Position numbers and translations under genes: made by a program
Part shown: piece after piece, positions 1 through 14,246 of the stretch
How the letters are laid out: each line of letters opens with the position of its first letter
How positions within the stretch are numbered: position 1 is the stretch's first letter
DNA from: Eledone cirrhosa
Taxonomy: Eukaryota
Assembly (NCBI GenBank): GCA_964016885.1
Contig: OZ024758.1
Location: 4,836,001-4,900,000 of the forward strand
Direction of reading: 5' to 3'
DNA: 64,000 nucleotides
The notes under the pieces: generated by a model
Told to the model about the DNA's origin: nothing
Database searches by the model: none
Seen by the model: the letters and a program-made list of their open reading frames with translations, nothing else

Positions 1-1526
1 AACAAAGTAATGACAATAGGAATCGCATATATAAGATATGTATGAAAATGGAAAGTCTATTAGTGTTTATGTAAATGTATGTGTAGATAATATATGTGTT
101 AGTATAGAGATTATGAAAGGAAAAATAGCATGCTTGAATAAATATACATGGTAATTGTGTAAGTGTATGTGTTTGTTTGTAAACAGACAATATGTGTGTA
201 TAAATATAGAGTAAAAATATATATGGCAGTTATGCAAGTGTATAGTGTATGTGTTTGTAAACAGACAATATGTGTGTATAAATATAGAGTATAAATATAT
301 ATGGTACTTGTGTAAGTAGTGTATGTCTATGTGAACATAGACAATAGGTGTGTATAAATATGAATAGTAAATAAGAAATATATATAATTGCCTGAAAGTA
401 TATGAAAGATAGTTTGTACATTGGTGTATATAGTATGTGTGTATAAATATACTTATTATTTATCTAAGTATAGGCTAATGCGGGGAAGTATTGTTTGTAC
501 GTATGTGTAGGTTGTATATGAATAAAGTCGGTTTCAAGCCAGGAGGCTCGTCAGACCAGCTTATCCTTGTTTCGGGGCGTAAAGCAACTGAAAGTACAAG
601 ACACCCACCCTGGATGGGACGCCAGTCCATCGCAAGGTTAAACCCTCAGCTATTGCTGGTATTCACGTTTAACTTAGTATACTGGAGCAACGTGAAACGG
701 AGTGTTTTTCTCAGGAGCACAACCCAGCCCAGCCCAGGAATCGAAGCTACGACATTATGACGAAAGTCCCACACCCTTACCACTAAGCCACGCGCCTCCA
801 CTATATAAATACTACATGTGATATACATTTATAAATATAGATAGTATGTGTGTGAATATAGATATATATATATGAATGTATAGATTGTATTATATATAAG
901 GGCGGTTAATCCCGCCGAGGTTAACTTTATTTTATCGACCCCGTAAGGATGAAAGGCAAAGTACCAGTAATACACTGGGTAATTGCTGGCCTTGTGACAA
1001 AAGTTGAAGCAATTATATATACGGGCAGTGGATTGGCAGTATCGGTAGAGGGTCGGACGCCATGCTTTGTATTTGAGTTCAAATCACGAAGTTACCTTTG
1101 CCGTTCATCCTTACAGGGTCGATAAAATAAAGTACCAGTAATGCACTGGGTAATTGCTGGCCTTGTGCCAAAGGTAGAAACAATTATATATAAGTATCGA
1201 TAGCATATATACATCTATGTAGTATTTGTGTAAGTATTAATAGTATCGAAGCCCCCCTTCGATCACAAATGACCATGGGATTTGCACCTATAAAGTTCCC
1301 CTCCGAGGCACAAGTCCGGGCAAGGTTGTTTGTGGAAGACCAGCAGTCACCCATGCATACCAGTCTCCCCTCTCCACTGATGATGTCCAAGGAAAAAGCT
1401 ATGGCTGATACAGCTTGGCACCAGTGACGTCGCAACTCATTTCTACAGACGAGTAAAGTTTCTTGCTCAAGATACTATATGTATGTGTGTATGTGTGTAT
1501 GTGTGTATGTGTGTATGTGTGTGTGT

Positions 1527-1595
<69 letters not shown>

Positions 1596-1981
1596 TATGT
1601 GTGTATGTGTGTATGTGTGTAGGTGTGTATGTGTGTAGGTGTGTATGTGTGTCTGCGTGTCTGCGTGTCTGCGTGTCTGCGTGTCTGCGTGTCTGCGTGT
1701 CTGCGTGTCTGCGTAGAAATATATTAGATTAACGCTTGAAATAGCAAGAAGGGCCTTAACGTTTCGGAAGCTAGTGCTATATATAAATATATATAATTTC
1801 AGCGAGATCGTATTTCGGCTGTGGTCAAAAACAAAGCGAAACGCAATTTTTCGAGATATTCGGCAAGCGCTCAATGGACTAAAAGAAGACCAGAGCAATA
1901 TATATATATTAGCTCGTCAAGTATGAAATGTGTAGAAATTTGCTTTTTATCTACAAATTTCTACAAATTTCATACTTGACG

Positions 1982-2013
<32 letters not shown>

Positions 2014-3939
2014 GGTTTCTATGCGAGTGTGTGCACATGCATGTATGTGGTATAGTTATGGGTTTAGTCTTAAGCGATTACATGAATTATGGATATATGG
2101 ATATTTCCTCGGATTATATATCACAGGTGACACCTCATATAAAGTTGACACAAATTGCCGATAGCTAAGCTGGGATAAACCATGTAGAAATGAAATATCT
2201 TTCATAGAAATACACGAAAAAAAGCTAACAACGAAGACGAACTCACGGCAAACGATACGATAGTTCAAAAACCTATCCACTTGAGACTACCTCAGATATA
2301 TACACGAATAAATCAATGAAATTTCAACAGGTCAAGGGGTTATTCTGACTCAGACGTTTTCCTGTAATGTTATTTGGAAGTCACCTTATTTGATGTACAT
2401 GAAATGTTCCCATGCCGCCTGGGATCTAAAACAGAAATCATTTAACTGGTCGATAGCCAATTTGGCGTCTGAAAAGAGAATTTTCGTATCCGATTTCCAT
2501 TTCTGCGAAGGAAATTTTCGATGTCTTTGATGACTTAAGCAGTGTGGCGCCAGAGTTAGTAAATGAAAAAGACCTTATGACTAATTAACAAAAAGGCCAA
2601 CAACTTATCGAATGTCTATTAGCTGTACTGGAATATACATAAAACAGAAAATTTCCAAAGATAATAATATGACATATGCTTTTTATTGTTGTTTTATATG
2701 ATGGTTTATGGAGTGTGTTGGTTTATGGGGTGTGTTGCTTTCTTAGTCATGACCAATATTTTATTTTTGATATCTTCCTGTAATAAAGCTAGCGTGTGTC
2801 CGGAGAACTTCGTTTTATTTATAGTTATATAGTCGTAGAATTTATATTCATTCTAGGGTGGTGGATTGGTAGTATCGGTAGAGGGTCAGACACCATGCTT
2901 TCCAGTATACAGTTACGTCCCTTTACTGTGAGTTCAAATCCCGCCCAGGTTAATTTGGCCTTTCATCTTTACGGGGTCGATAAAATAAAGTACCAGTAAT
3001 GAACTGGGATAATTGCTGTCCTTGTGCCAAAAGTAGAAACAGTTATTTATAATCATATATCAGGGCGGTGGATTGGTAGTATCGGTAGAAAGTCGGACAC
3101 CATGCATTGCGGAATAGAGTTACGGCCATTTACGTTCTGAGTTCAAATCCCGCTGAGGTTAACTTGCTTTTCATCCTTACGGGGTCGATAAAATAAAGCA
3201 GCAAGGGTCGATTCCACAAACACGAGTACCTTTAGAGTAGTTCTCGGTGAGATGTAGGATGACACAGACTGTGACAAGGCTGACCCTTCAAAGTACAGGT
3301 ACAACTCATTGTTGCCAGCTAAATGGACTGGAGCAAAGTGAAATAAAGTTTCTTGCTCAAAGAGAGCGCGTCGCCGGTAATCGAACTCATGACCTTAGGA
3401 CCTTCAGCCGAATACCCTAACCATAAAGGCTAGAGCCTTCATGAATTTACATGTATGTAAAAGCAGAAATAACAAAACCTGAAACAAAAATGGTAGCTAA
3501 TTCAAACACCCCAGATTCCATAAAATTGGGGTCACATCCAAGAATCACTCTCAGCAGATATATATATTCTAGTCGATCGACTTTCGTCAAATCGGACCGA
3601 GGAAACTATGTTTCCGTTGGTCTTTCCAATTGCTAATACTATCTATCGGTCGCAATTCCAGGTAGAAGGAGCAACGTGAAATAAAGTGTCTTGCTCAAGG
3701 ACATAACGCATCTCCTGGTTCAGGAATCGAACTCAACCTCACGATTGTGAATCCAATACTCTAACCACTCAGCCACACGCCTTCACAGATATATATATAT
3801 ATATATATATATGCTTGGGTTTCTATTTGTGCGTGCATGTCTATGTATATAGGTATATATACACACATATAGTCGCATATATCTACACATACACACATAT
3901 ATATACACATACACACATATACATACATATACATATATG

Positions 3940-3970
<31 letters not shown>

Positions 3971-3992
3971 GTGTGCGCGCGCGTGTGCGTGA

Positions 3993-4038
<46 letters not shown>

Positions 4039-4299
4039 CTATACAATTATGTTATCTCCTCGTTAGTTTTACCTTTAACCTCCCTGTCTTTTCTATATCT
4101 CTAAAATTAATTTCTAGAACCTTCCTTCCATTTATCTCTTCCAAAGACATTTCTTTATTTTTCTTTTATTTATCTTTAATTTCTTTAAACTTTCCTAAAA
4201 ATATATTTCAGCAACTCACACACCACACCAACCACTACACACAGTATAATCTAGGTTTTAAGAAACTTTGATATAGGCTTCACCTTCAGATACCATTTA

Positions 4300-4865
4300 C
4301 ATCACCACCACCACCACCATCATCATAATCGCTACCATTGACATCACCACCACAACAACCACCACCACCAATACCACCAACACCATTGCCACCGTCACTA
4401 TCAGTACCACTACAACCACCTCCATCCCCATCATCAACACTAACACCACCATTGACCCCGTCACCAACACCACCATTGTCACCATCAGCACCATCACCAA
4501 CACCACCACCACCATTGTCCCCGTCACTAACACCACCATCACCAACACCACCACCATTGCCACCGTCACTATCACCACCACCACCATCAACACTAACACC
4601 AACACCACCACCATTGCCACCGTCACTATCAGTACCACCACCATCATCAACACTAACACCAACACCAACACCAACGGCACCGTCACCAACAGCACCACCA
4701 CCGCCACGCCCATTACCCTCACAACTACCCCACCACTACCACCATTACCCTCTCAACCACCACCACCACCTTCTCAACCAGCGCCACCACCCTCACAACT
4801 ACCCCACCACTACCGTTACCCTCTCAACTCCTACAACTACCCCCACCACAACCACCCTCACATCC
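4300..4865. repeat. Degenerate (CAC/CAA)n low-complexity tract
   Basis: Read directly. Confidence 0.9.
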
Positions 4866-5316
4866 ATTCATATTTAATGACCTTTTTTTCTGCATTCGGA
4901 TTTTATATTTTATGTTATTTTATTTCATTTATTTTATTGTTTCCACTTATTTTTATCATGGCGTAGCATTTCACCAAAATCTATTTAACCCTTACACTTT
5001 CCAATGTCATATTGATTAAAGAACCTTCGTATTCCGTTTGCCACCAATGTTGGATTCTCTGCTCTTTGACACAAATAACTATTCTTCATTATTTAGCCTT
5101 TATCTTGAAACTTCTTCAAACAAACAAACAAGACAAAACGAAAGAATGAATAAAAATATTAAAACAATATCTGGACCATCTCCAGAACTCCAACACACGA
5201 CACAATCAAAGAATTTTGTTTCTTTCAGATTATTCAAAGCAGCCACCTTCATTTGAAACAAATAGTGTTATTCCAAAAGATAACCGAAGGAAGAGCAGTA
5301 TATAAATATATAAATC

Positions 5317-5387
<71 letters not shown>

Positions 5388-5447
5388 TCGACTTCTTGGC
5401 CGATAACCTTTCAATGTAAAGGCGGTAAAATTTCCGAACAGGGTGAA

Positions 5448-5483
<36 letters not shown>

Positions 5484-5720
5484 GATATAATATATATATT
5501 ATATACATATATATTATATACATATGGATATATGTATGTGGATATAATATATATATGTGGATATAATGTGTGTGTGTGTGTGTGTGGAAATGTTAAATAC
5601 AATTCGATATCTTCGTTACAGTCATATATATATCTATATATACACACGTGTGGGATATTCTGAATAGTACTCGATATATTCAATTTATATATATAGTTGT
5701 CCATTGTATATGCAGTTGTC

Positions 5721-6625
5721 CAGTGTATATGTTATACAGTGTATATGTTATACAGTGCATATGTTATACAGTGCATATGTTATACAGTGCATATGTTATA
5801 CAGTGCATATGTTATACAGTGCATATGTTATACAGCGCATATGTTATACAGTGCATATGTTATACAGTGCATATGTTATACAGTGTATATATTATACAGT
5901 GTATATGTTATACAGTGTATATATTATACAGTGTATATATTATACAGTGTATATGTTATACAGTGTATATATTATACAGTGTATATGTTATACAGTGTAT
6001 ATGTTATACAGTGTATATATTATACAGTGTATATGTTATACAGTGTATATATTATACAGTGTATATATTATACAGTGTATATGTTATACAGTGTATATGT
6101 TATACAGTGTATATATTATACAGTGTATATGTTATACAGTGTATATGTTATACAGTGTATATATTATACAGTGTATATGTTATACAGTGTATATATTATA
6201 CAGTGTATATGTTATACAGTGTATATATTATACAGTGTATATGTTATACAGTGTATATATTATACAGTGTATATGTTATACAGTGTATATGTTATACAGT
6301 ATATATTATACAGTGTATATGTTATACAGTGTATATATTATACAGTGTATATATTATACAGTGTATATGTTATACAGTGTATATGTTATACAGTGTATAT
6401 ATTATACAGTGTATATGTTATACAGTGTATATGTTATACAGTGTATATATTATACAGTGTATATGTTATACAGTGTATATATTATACAGTGTATATATTA
6501 TACAGTGTATATGTTATACAGTGTATATATTATACAGTGTATATGTTATACAGTGTATATATTATACAGTGTATATGTTATACAGTGTATATGTTATACA
6601 GTGTATATGTTATATTGTGTATATG
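5721..6625. repeat. 16-bp minisatellite (GTTATACAGTGTATAT)n, ~56 units
   Basis: Read directly. It explains the long spurious ORFs with 16-aa periodicity. Confidence 0.95.
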
Positions 6626-7227
6626 TAGTTGTAAACAAAAGTTACTCATACACTGAAAGAATGGTTGGAAGACAGAAAATTAGAATGAACGCTATAAAGA
6701 AAAAAAACGAAAGAAAGATAACTCATCACACACACAGTCACACTCTCTCTTTCTATCTCCCCCACCCCTCTCTCATTATTTTAATCTGTTAAGCTTTTCT
6801 TGACCCTTCTTATTTTATATATAACTGATGTGAGTAGTTTTTATTTCTCTAAGTTGAACCAGGGGAAACATTTTTCTTCGAAGTTCATTGCTGGCAAAAC
6901 TGCAAATAACATAAAATACTGTCAGAAGAACGGCCTTAAACCTCTCAGATATATTTAAATCCGGCTCTAAATCTCATTTCTACCATCATGTATGCCTCTA
7001 ATTCAATCTTACTACTATACTTTTCTCTGTTAACTTGGCAAACTAACAGGTTAAGAATATATAAACCTACCAGGATAGATACAATATCCATTGTTTTACT
7101 GGATCCTAAAGGTTTGTGCCAGGCTGCGATACAAACCATCTTCAGTGGATTGTAATGAAGTGTGGCTACTGTCGAGTTTAGCCAATCTGATACTGTTCAT
7201 CGCCAGAAGATGTTGCATTTGCAGAAA

Positions 7228-7490
7228 TACGAGGGTCGGCTGAAATGTTCATAGCCTGACCAAGATACTCATGGAATTGCCGATCCGAGAATGACCGGTT
7301 CGAGAATTAAACTCACAACCTATCGATTCCGGATCCGAAGCCCCGCACCTTCACTTTTTCAACATAGTCTCCGGAAAAAAAACAATGCAGTTATTTATAA
7401 AAAGAATTGAAATTAATGCATGCAAGATTTTACAACTCTAGCATGACTCTTCCATAGTCAGCCTATGAACTTTTCAAACTACCTTTCTAA
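7228..7490. mobile_element. mariner-derived MITE
   Basis: TA|CGAGGGTCGGCTGAAATGTTCATAGCCTGAC...GTCAGCCTATGAACTTTTCA. A reverse copy with an internal duplication is at 11333-11681 and a TIR fragment at ~45575-45600. Confidence 0.7.
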
Positions 7491-8658
7491 AATGTCGCAC
7501 TATGTGCAGACCTGCAACCTCTAAAAAGCCAAACAAGGAGTACCATGAAAAAATGTGCCCCAAAGGGGGAGAAATGAGGCAAAATATGGAGATTTTACAT
7601 CATAAAAGCTATACCCATTTTCACAAGAGAAGACATCTCTCAGCCACCCTAAAGTGGTTGGGAGATCTCCCCGTTGGACGGGGTGAGTTGACTGCTCTGA
7701 AATTATTCGATAACATTAAAAGATAGTATTCATTAAAAACGGGAGAAGTAAGGCCAGGCCACATTTGGGGTGGGTGAGAAATCTCCCCGACGGACGGGGA
7801 GAGTTGATAGGTCTATGTGGTTCAGTATCTCATACATGATTATTATATTTTATATCAATTATATTTTTAAATCAAAATCTAACAGACCCCAACGTGATTC
7901 TATATTGAAATGTTTTCTAGGTTTTCTGAAATTTTTTGGTTGGTAATCTTCTCACCATAAACTTTCTAAAAAGAACTGGTCGATGTTACACAACAAGAAC
8001 GAATCATAATTATTTTTTAAAACATCTCTGCTCATCCACAATGTTAAACGTTGATAAATCTATTAAATTGAATGACAGAGGTTAATCGATAGAGTATTCT
8101 GAGTGACAAAGGCTGATCAACCTATTACCTTGAGTGACAAAAGTTGATCGATATATCAACTTGAGTGACAGAAGCTGATTGATTTATTAACTTCGTCTGC
8201 ATGCTTTGATTGAAACAAACTTTCTAAGATTTAGAATTTTCAAATTACAAGTTACGAAATTTTCTGCGATTTTCTACGTTTTTATTTCTTACAATTTGTC
8301 TAGGTCTACAGACACACAGACACTATATTTTAATTATGAACGAAATTAGAAGCTCGAGCAGGACGCACATTAAAATATTGCTAATATATTTCATATTTCT
8401 GACGATGAAACTGTCAAATACACAGAAACGTCCAAAAAAAAATCAAAAATAAAACATTTTGCTGATTTGCAAATATTCACTCATCACAACACTACCTTCC
8501 TATGTCACAGACTCAATGTTTTTCTCTCTCCTTCACCTCTCCTTCTCTCCCATTTTGTCTCCCGCTTTATCTCTTTTTCAATCTCCATTTCTTTCTTTCT
8601 CTCCCTCTATCTGTCTCTGTCTCTATATATATATATATAGATATTCCTCTATGTATTC

Positions 8659-8717
<59 letters not shown>

Positions 8718-8924
8718 AGGGTTGAAATACCACATTGGTTTGATAAATTTAACCTGAAGCAAACAGAAGATATAGAATAGATATACTAGGTGAGCTTATA
8801 AGTTGGGTGTATTAAGGCTATTGCTTTTAGCATATCCACTCACACCACTTCTAACGTCCAGCACACGAGGTGAGATATTCACTCGTGTGGCTTTTAGTTG
8901 TATGTGTTTGTTGCATTTGAACTT

Positions 8925-9013
8925 ATCTCTCGCTGAGGAAAGCCTACGGATTATCTGTTACAAACACAATTTTCAGGGAGAAACAGATTAAATCTCTAAT
9001 CTGTCCGAGAGAT
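8925..9013 (+). ncRNA. Type I hammerhead ribozyme motif (PLE-associated)
   Basis: Stem I AUCUCUCG/CGAGAGAU (8 bp), core CUGAGGA, a long imperfect stem II, GAAA, stem III ACAGAUUA/UAAUCUGU, and a GUC cleavage triplet at 9003-9005. Confidence 0.75.
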
Positions 9014-9319
9014 GAAATAGTTATTGAGACGGTCTGTATATATATTCTATATTTTCTGTTTGCTTCAGGTTAAATTTATCAAACCAATGTGGTATTTTAA
9101 CCCTCGTAATTTTAAACACACAATTTACTGTGTTTATTTCTACATATATTATTATATAATGCTCAGTATTTATACTTTGAGCTTGTTAATTACAGGGTAT
9201 CAATGAGTTAGTAACTGTATTTTATTTGTTTACATATATATATTCCTCTATATATGTGTGTGCGCGCGTGCGTGCGTGCGTGGATAGTCCTCTATATATA
9301 TATTCTCCATTCCTTTACA

Positions 9320-9369
<50 letters not shown>

Positions 9370-10249
9370 CTCCTGTTATCTCTACTACTGTTACTATAAC
9401 GGCCTTTGCTCTACTGAAGCAGCATGTTTAACACCGCCTTCTCTAGCCAAACCCACCCATTACACGTACATCTTCACAGAAGAACGGAACCCCACGTGCT
9501 AGAATTAAACAAACGCACCTCAAATTATGCATCCTACCGATTTAAAAATGGATGGTTACATTAGATAATGTAGTTCTAAATACTCAACGCTTGAGATAAG
9601 ACAGAATAGCTGTATCATTAGCGCCTTTGATCCTAACTCTTAAGTCAAGTACAGACTTCGGATCAAATAACAAATATTTCTTCTTTACTCAGATTAAATT
9701 CTCCATTCCCCATCTCCACTGCACATTTCATAATTATCTCTTATTCAGAGTCAGCTGAAACTTCTTAAATTGCATTTTTCTACGTATTTTTCTGAATCAA
9801 CCAGATCAGCCAACCCAACCCTAGCCCCCAGCCGAGGAAGGATAACCTGTCATCTTTAACTCCTACATCAGGACTAAATAATTTATAATTTAGGCGCAAG
9901 ACCAACAATTTTTGAGAGGGGGAAAGTCTATAATATCGATCCCAGTATGTTACTGGTAATTTATTTTTTCGACCTCGTGAGGATGAAAGACAAAGCTAAC
10001 CTGGGCGAGATTTGAACTCAGAACATAAACGGCCGTAACTATGCCACAAAACATGTTGCCCGGCGCTCTACCTATTTTACTGCCATTCCGTCGCCCTAGT
10101 AACATTAAATAAAAATAATTTGATGAGACGTGCAGTCTATGTAATTGATATATATATATTTCACTGAATCTCCATCGCCACTACAAACTACGAATGTTGA
10201 GAGCTTTCTCCTGCTTGCACCTGTTTTTACCAAAATCTCTTCGGAACAC

Positions 10250-10288
<39 letters not shown>

Positions 10289-10533
10289 GAACTATATTCA
10301 CAATTCTCAAAAGAAGGTAGAGAATTAAAATGATAGTATGCCAGTTTTTATAAAAAGAATAGCACAAATGTGTTTATATAATATATAAAGGTTTGAAGAA
10401 GAAAATATATTAGTGAGGAGGATTAGTTGTATAGTCTGAGTAAACTCTTGTTTATATATGTTTGTTTATATATGTTTGTTTATATATGTTTGTTTATATA
10501 TGTTTGTTTATATATGTTTGTTTATATATGTTT

Positions 10534-10577
<44 letters not shown>

Positions 10578-10758
10578 TCATAAGTGGGGGAAAAAAACAA
10601 GCAAGATAAAATCATAAAAAAGTTACTTCAGTAAGTTTCTTATGATTTTTATCTCACTTGGTTTTCACCACTTATGAATTTATAATGCCCTGGTTTCTGA
10701 TTTATTCATTGAGCAACACCGACGATTGCTGAACAGACAGACAGACAGACAGACAGAC

Positions 10759-10789
<31 letters not shown>

Positions 10790-13509
10790 CATACATACAC
10801 ACACACACAACGACAAAGAGAGACGGAAAGACAGGCAGATGAACAGAGAAAGAGATTTAAAAGAATCGAAGTCCGTGTTACAGCTTATGCACAAATATTA
10901 TTTGGGTGTTGGACTTACGATCATAATGTCTTGGGTTCGATTCTGAGGTTGGGTTGCGTGTTTAGTTCTTGAGCAAAACACTTCATTTCCCGTTGCTCCA
11001 GCATACTCAGCTGTAAATGAGTACCAGCAATAACTGGGAGTTTAAACCTGCAAATGGACTGACGTCCTGTCCAGGGAGGGGGAGTCTTGTACTCTCAGTC
11101 GCTTCACCCCATGAAACCGGGATAAACACCGGTCTAACGAACCTTCTGGCTTATGACAGACTTATATCATACAAGCCACACTCTATACAAGATACATGGC
11201 CGTCTACTTTCAGTAATCAAATTAGGATTATATAATTGAAATATATAAACGAAATTAGCTGTTGGTAACCCAATTTAACGTCGATAACTGACAGCTTTAG
11301 AAACATAAATTACTCATTTCTAGGATTGAATGTACGAGTATCAGCTAAGTTTATAGGCCGACTATAAAGGAGTGATGCTAGAGCTGTGAAATCTTGTATG
11401 CATTAATTTTAATCAATTCTTAATAACTACATTGTTTTGGGGGCTTTTTTTTCAGGGATTATGTTGAAAAATAAACTTAATTTGGTTATTCCATGAGAGT
11501 ATCGTGATCAGCCTATTACAGAGTGATGCTAGGCTGTGAAATCTTGCATGCATTAATTTCAACTCTTCATATTAATAACTACATTGTTTCTTTCCAGAGA
11601 CTATGTTGAAAAATAAACCTCGTTTGGTCATTCCATGAGGGTATCTTCGTCAGTCTATAGACTTCTCAGCCGATTCTCGTATTGTTCAGTTTTTTAGAAT
11701 CCAAGCGAGGGAAGTTTTCTAGATTAGATAAGATTTTCTTTAGTTATTTTATTCGTGAATTTATCAATGATATCATTTAAACAGTTATTTTATCGAGTAT
11801 CGAAACCGCGTAACCAGGTCTAGTTACCAGAACTTATATCAGTACTAAAGTCACTGAGCTTCTATAATCTAAGTACATAATAACCATGTAGCATTAGACA
11901 GCTCTTATTAGATGCTCACTATTTTGCTTTTACTTAATCCAAGGAAAATTCCCTTATATACAAAGGACGCAGATGTTTCTTCCACTAAGAAGCCAAAGAA
12001 AACTTATGAGTCTTCTGATATTGAGAAAATACGGAATTGGGGGGTTTATTTAAAGCTAGATAATCACTGAAAATAAGTTTGTCAAACGAAAGATTAATGA
12101 TTTTTTGACAAATCACAAAGCCAATTATTGCAAAGGAGGGTTATAACAGATTAAATAGACTACAAAGTGATAGGCTACAAAGTCAATTTTGATAGGATTT
12201 GAATAGTGAAAATAAAGAGATGAGAGATGTATTGTAAAGCCGAGTACTGTGCATCATTTATGTTGACTAGCATAAAGTTATTTTAAGCTGAAGACTAACA
12301 TTCATGAGAGCGTATAGAAGAAATCAACTATATTTGCCTCCCGCGAAGATCTAAACTAGGTCGTAGTCTCAGATCACCAGCAACTTTCCCCTTGTCTTAT
12401 ACCTCTCATTGTAAATAAATACTGTTGCTACCAACTACATCCACCATGTGGCTTCAATGATCAATAAAGTTCGCTTTAAACCATAATTTACATTAATCAA
12501 ACTTCCATAGACAACTTCTTTATTTAAATGCTCACAGTAGGATACTTGAAAATGAAGGAATGAATAGGGAAGTCTTCCACTAAATTAATGACAAGATGTC
12601 AGACTATCTTTTCAACCAATATCAAAAATAATTTTTAATGATATCTATTCTAACGCATGGAGAAAATTATTGAAACGTAATCATTTTATTTTTCGAAATA
12701 TATTTTGCCCAAGAATAATTGTTAACCTTATATTTATAAAGTATATTTTGAACATACAGGATACTTTACATGAAAAACTGCTAATGTTTACTAAATCTCA
12801 AGAGTATTTTCAGATCTGCTGCTTAGTTACAGTTTCAAAGGTTAAAACAGGTGTGAAATATATCCTCACTCTGTATAAGATACTGGTGTAGCTAAAACTA
12901 AATGTTTTCCATAGATCTTGTATCTATTTTCAAAACTAAAACGTATTTAAGTCATTAATAATTAAGTAAATATTTTGAGATTCAGTGTGGTGTGGTTAAC
13001 GTTGGAAATTTACGACGGTTTTATGATCCCTCCTTACGAGTAGAATTTTTAAAGAAGAGATTAATCGGTATTTATGCTGTCCTGTGAGATGAAGTGAGAG
13101 AGAAAAAGAGAGAAAACTATATGACGTTATTAAATATAAACGAGGCATGATGTCGCATTTATGAATATGAAGATTGTATATTGGTCAGATAAACACGAAT
13201 TCGATGTATATAAAATTTTGTAAGTGAATTTATAATTATATTCAACATTTAAGCAATTTGTAAAGCCAAATTTGTAAAGCCAAATGTGGCTTACTGAATT
13301 ATTTGAATTGTAATAAGATGAACCAACTTTTTAACCTGCAATCACTCACCCACAAATTAAACCATAAACCTCTTTTCTTTACACCACTGATACAGTAATC
13401 TCAAATCTTCAAAATCATGTTTCATGTCACACACGAATCAAGCATCTTTCTTCCATCCGTCGATCATACTGTGTTCACCAAAATTACCCTAGTTTATATA
13501 GTACTTAAA

Positions 13510-13810
13510 CTTGACCGTATCTGTATCAGTGAGCTGCTCAACATTACCAAACTTAGACCAATTACATCAATTGTCAAGTCAAAAGTACTCAAACTATACG
13601 GCCATATAAAAAGATTAACTCGTGGTGTGAGTAGGTTATGCCTAGAGGGAAGGTTGGCTGGTAAGAGAAGCAGAGGTCGGCAGCCAAAACGATGGTTTGA
13701 TAATGTCAACTTATGGACTGGACTTGATCTGCCCTTTAAACTCTGCTGTTGGTGATCGAACTTTGTGGAGAGAGATATCTCATGTTGATGCGGAGTTTAG
13801 CGTCACAAGT
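13510..13810 (+). mobile_element. RTE-clade LINE 3' fragment
   Basis: LKLYGHIKR...CLEGRLAGKRSRGRQPKRWFDNV...DRTLWR matches the RTE C-terminal W.GH..R / G.R.RGRP..RW.D / DR..WR signature. Confidence 0.8.
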
Positions 13811-14207
13811 ACTAAAACTATGCGATTGTGTGCTTGTCTGTAATTTAATACCACCAAAACGGCGCATACTTTGAAACGAAGATGTCCCTGAAATGGGAAT
13901 ACAAATGGAATAAAACAAGTTACGCGTAAATCGGAGCACGAGTTCCCGAGATAAGGGGTTTTTTTCAGAGAGAGGTTTACATCAATAGTGAGATATAATA
14001 GTAAGTTATAGTAATCAATCATAGAATCCCACTCAAACCCCACTAAGTATGAAGAAATCAATAGCGCGACTAACACAGGAAAGCATCAAGAAAATTGACG
14101 GACAGTTGAGATAGTTTACGAGAGCTGACATCCATCGAATAACTTTCTAATTCACAACTATATTGATATATATGCAAACATTTTAGCTTGTTTGTGATGG
14201 TCCATAC

Positions 14208-14246
<39 letters not shown>

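Noticed and set aside
2056-2650. Unique-looking sequence with a possible minus-strand acceptor
   Set aside because: No ORF or recognisable motif. It could be a UTR exon, but this is unsupported.
4297-4877. Pro-rich (extensin-like) and Val-rich ORFs
   Set aside because: This is a (CAC)n low-complexity tract with no supporting exon structure.
5648-6792. Three long ORFs of 319-362 aa
   Set aside because: They are translations of a stop-free 16-bp minisatellite with no domain signal.
10195-10248. Possible minus-strand hammerhead (UGUU CCGAAGA...GAAAGCUCUC AACA)
   Set aside because: The core has U4C and there is no convincing stem II, so it is too degenerate to call.
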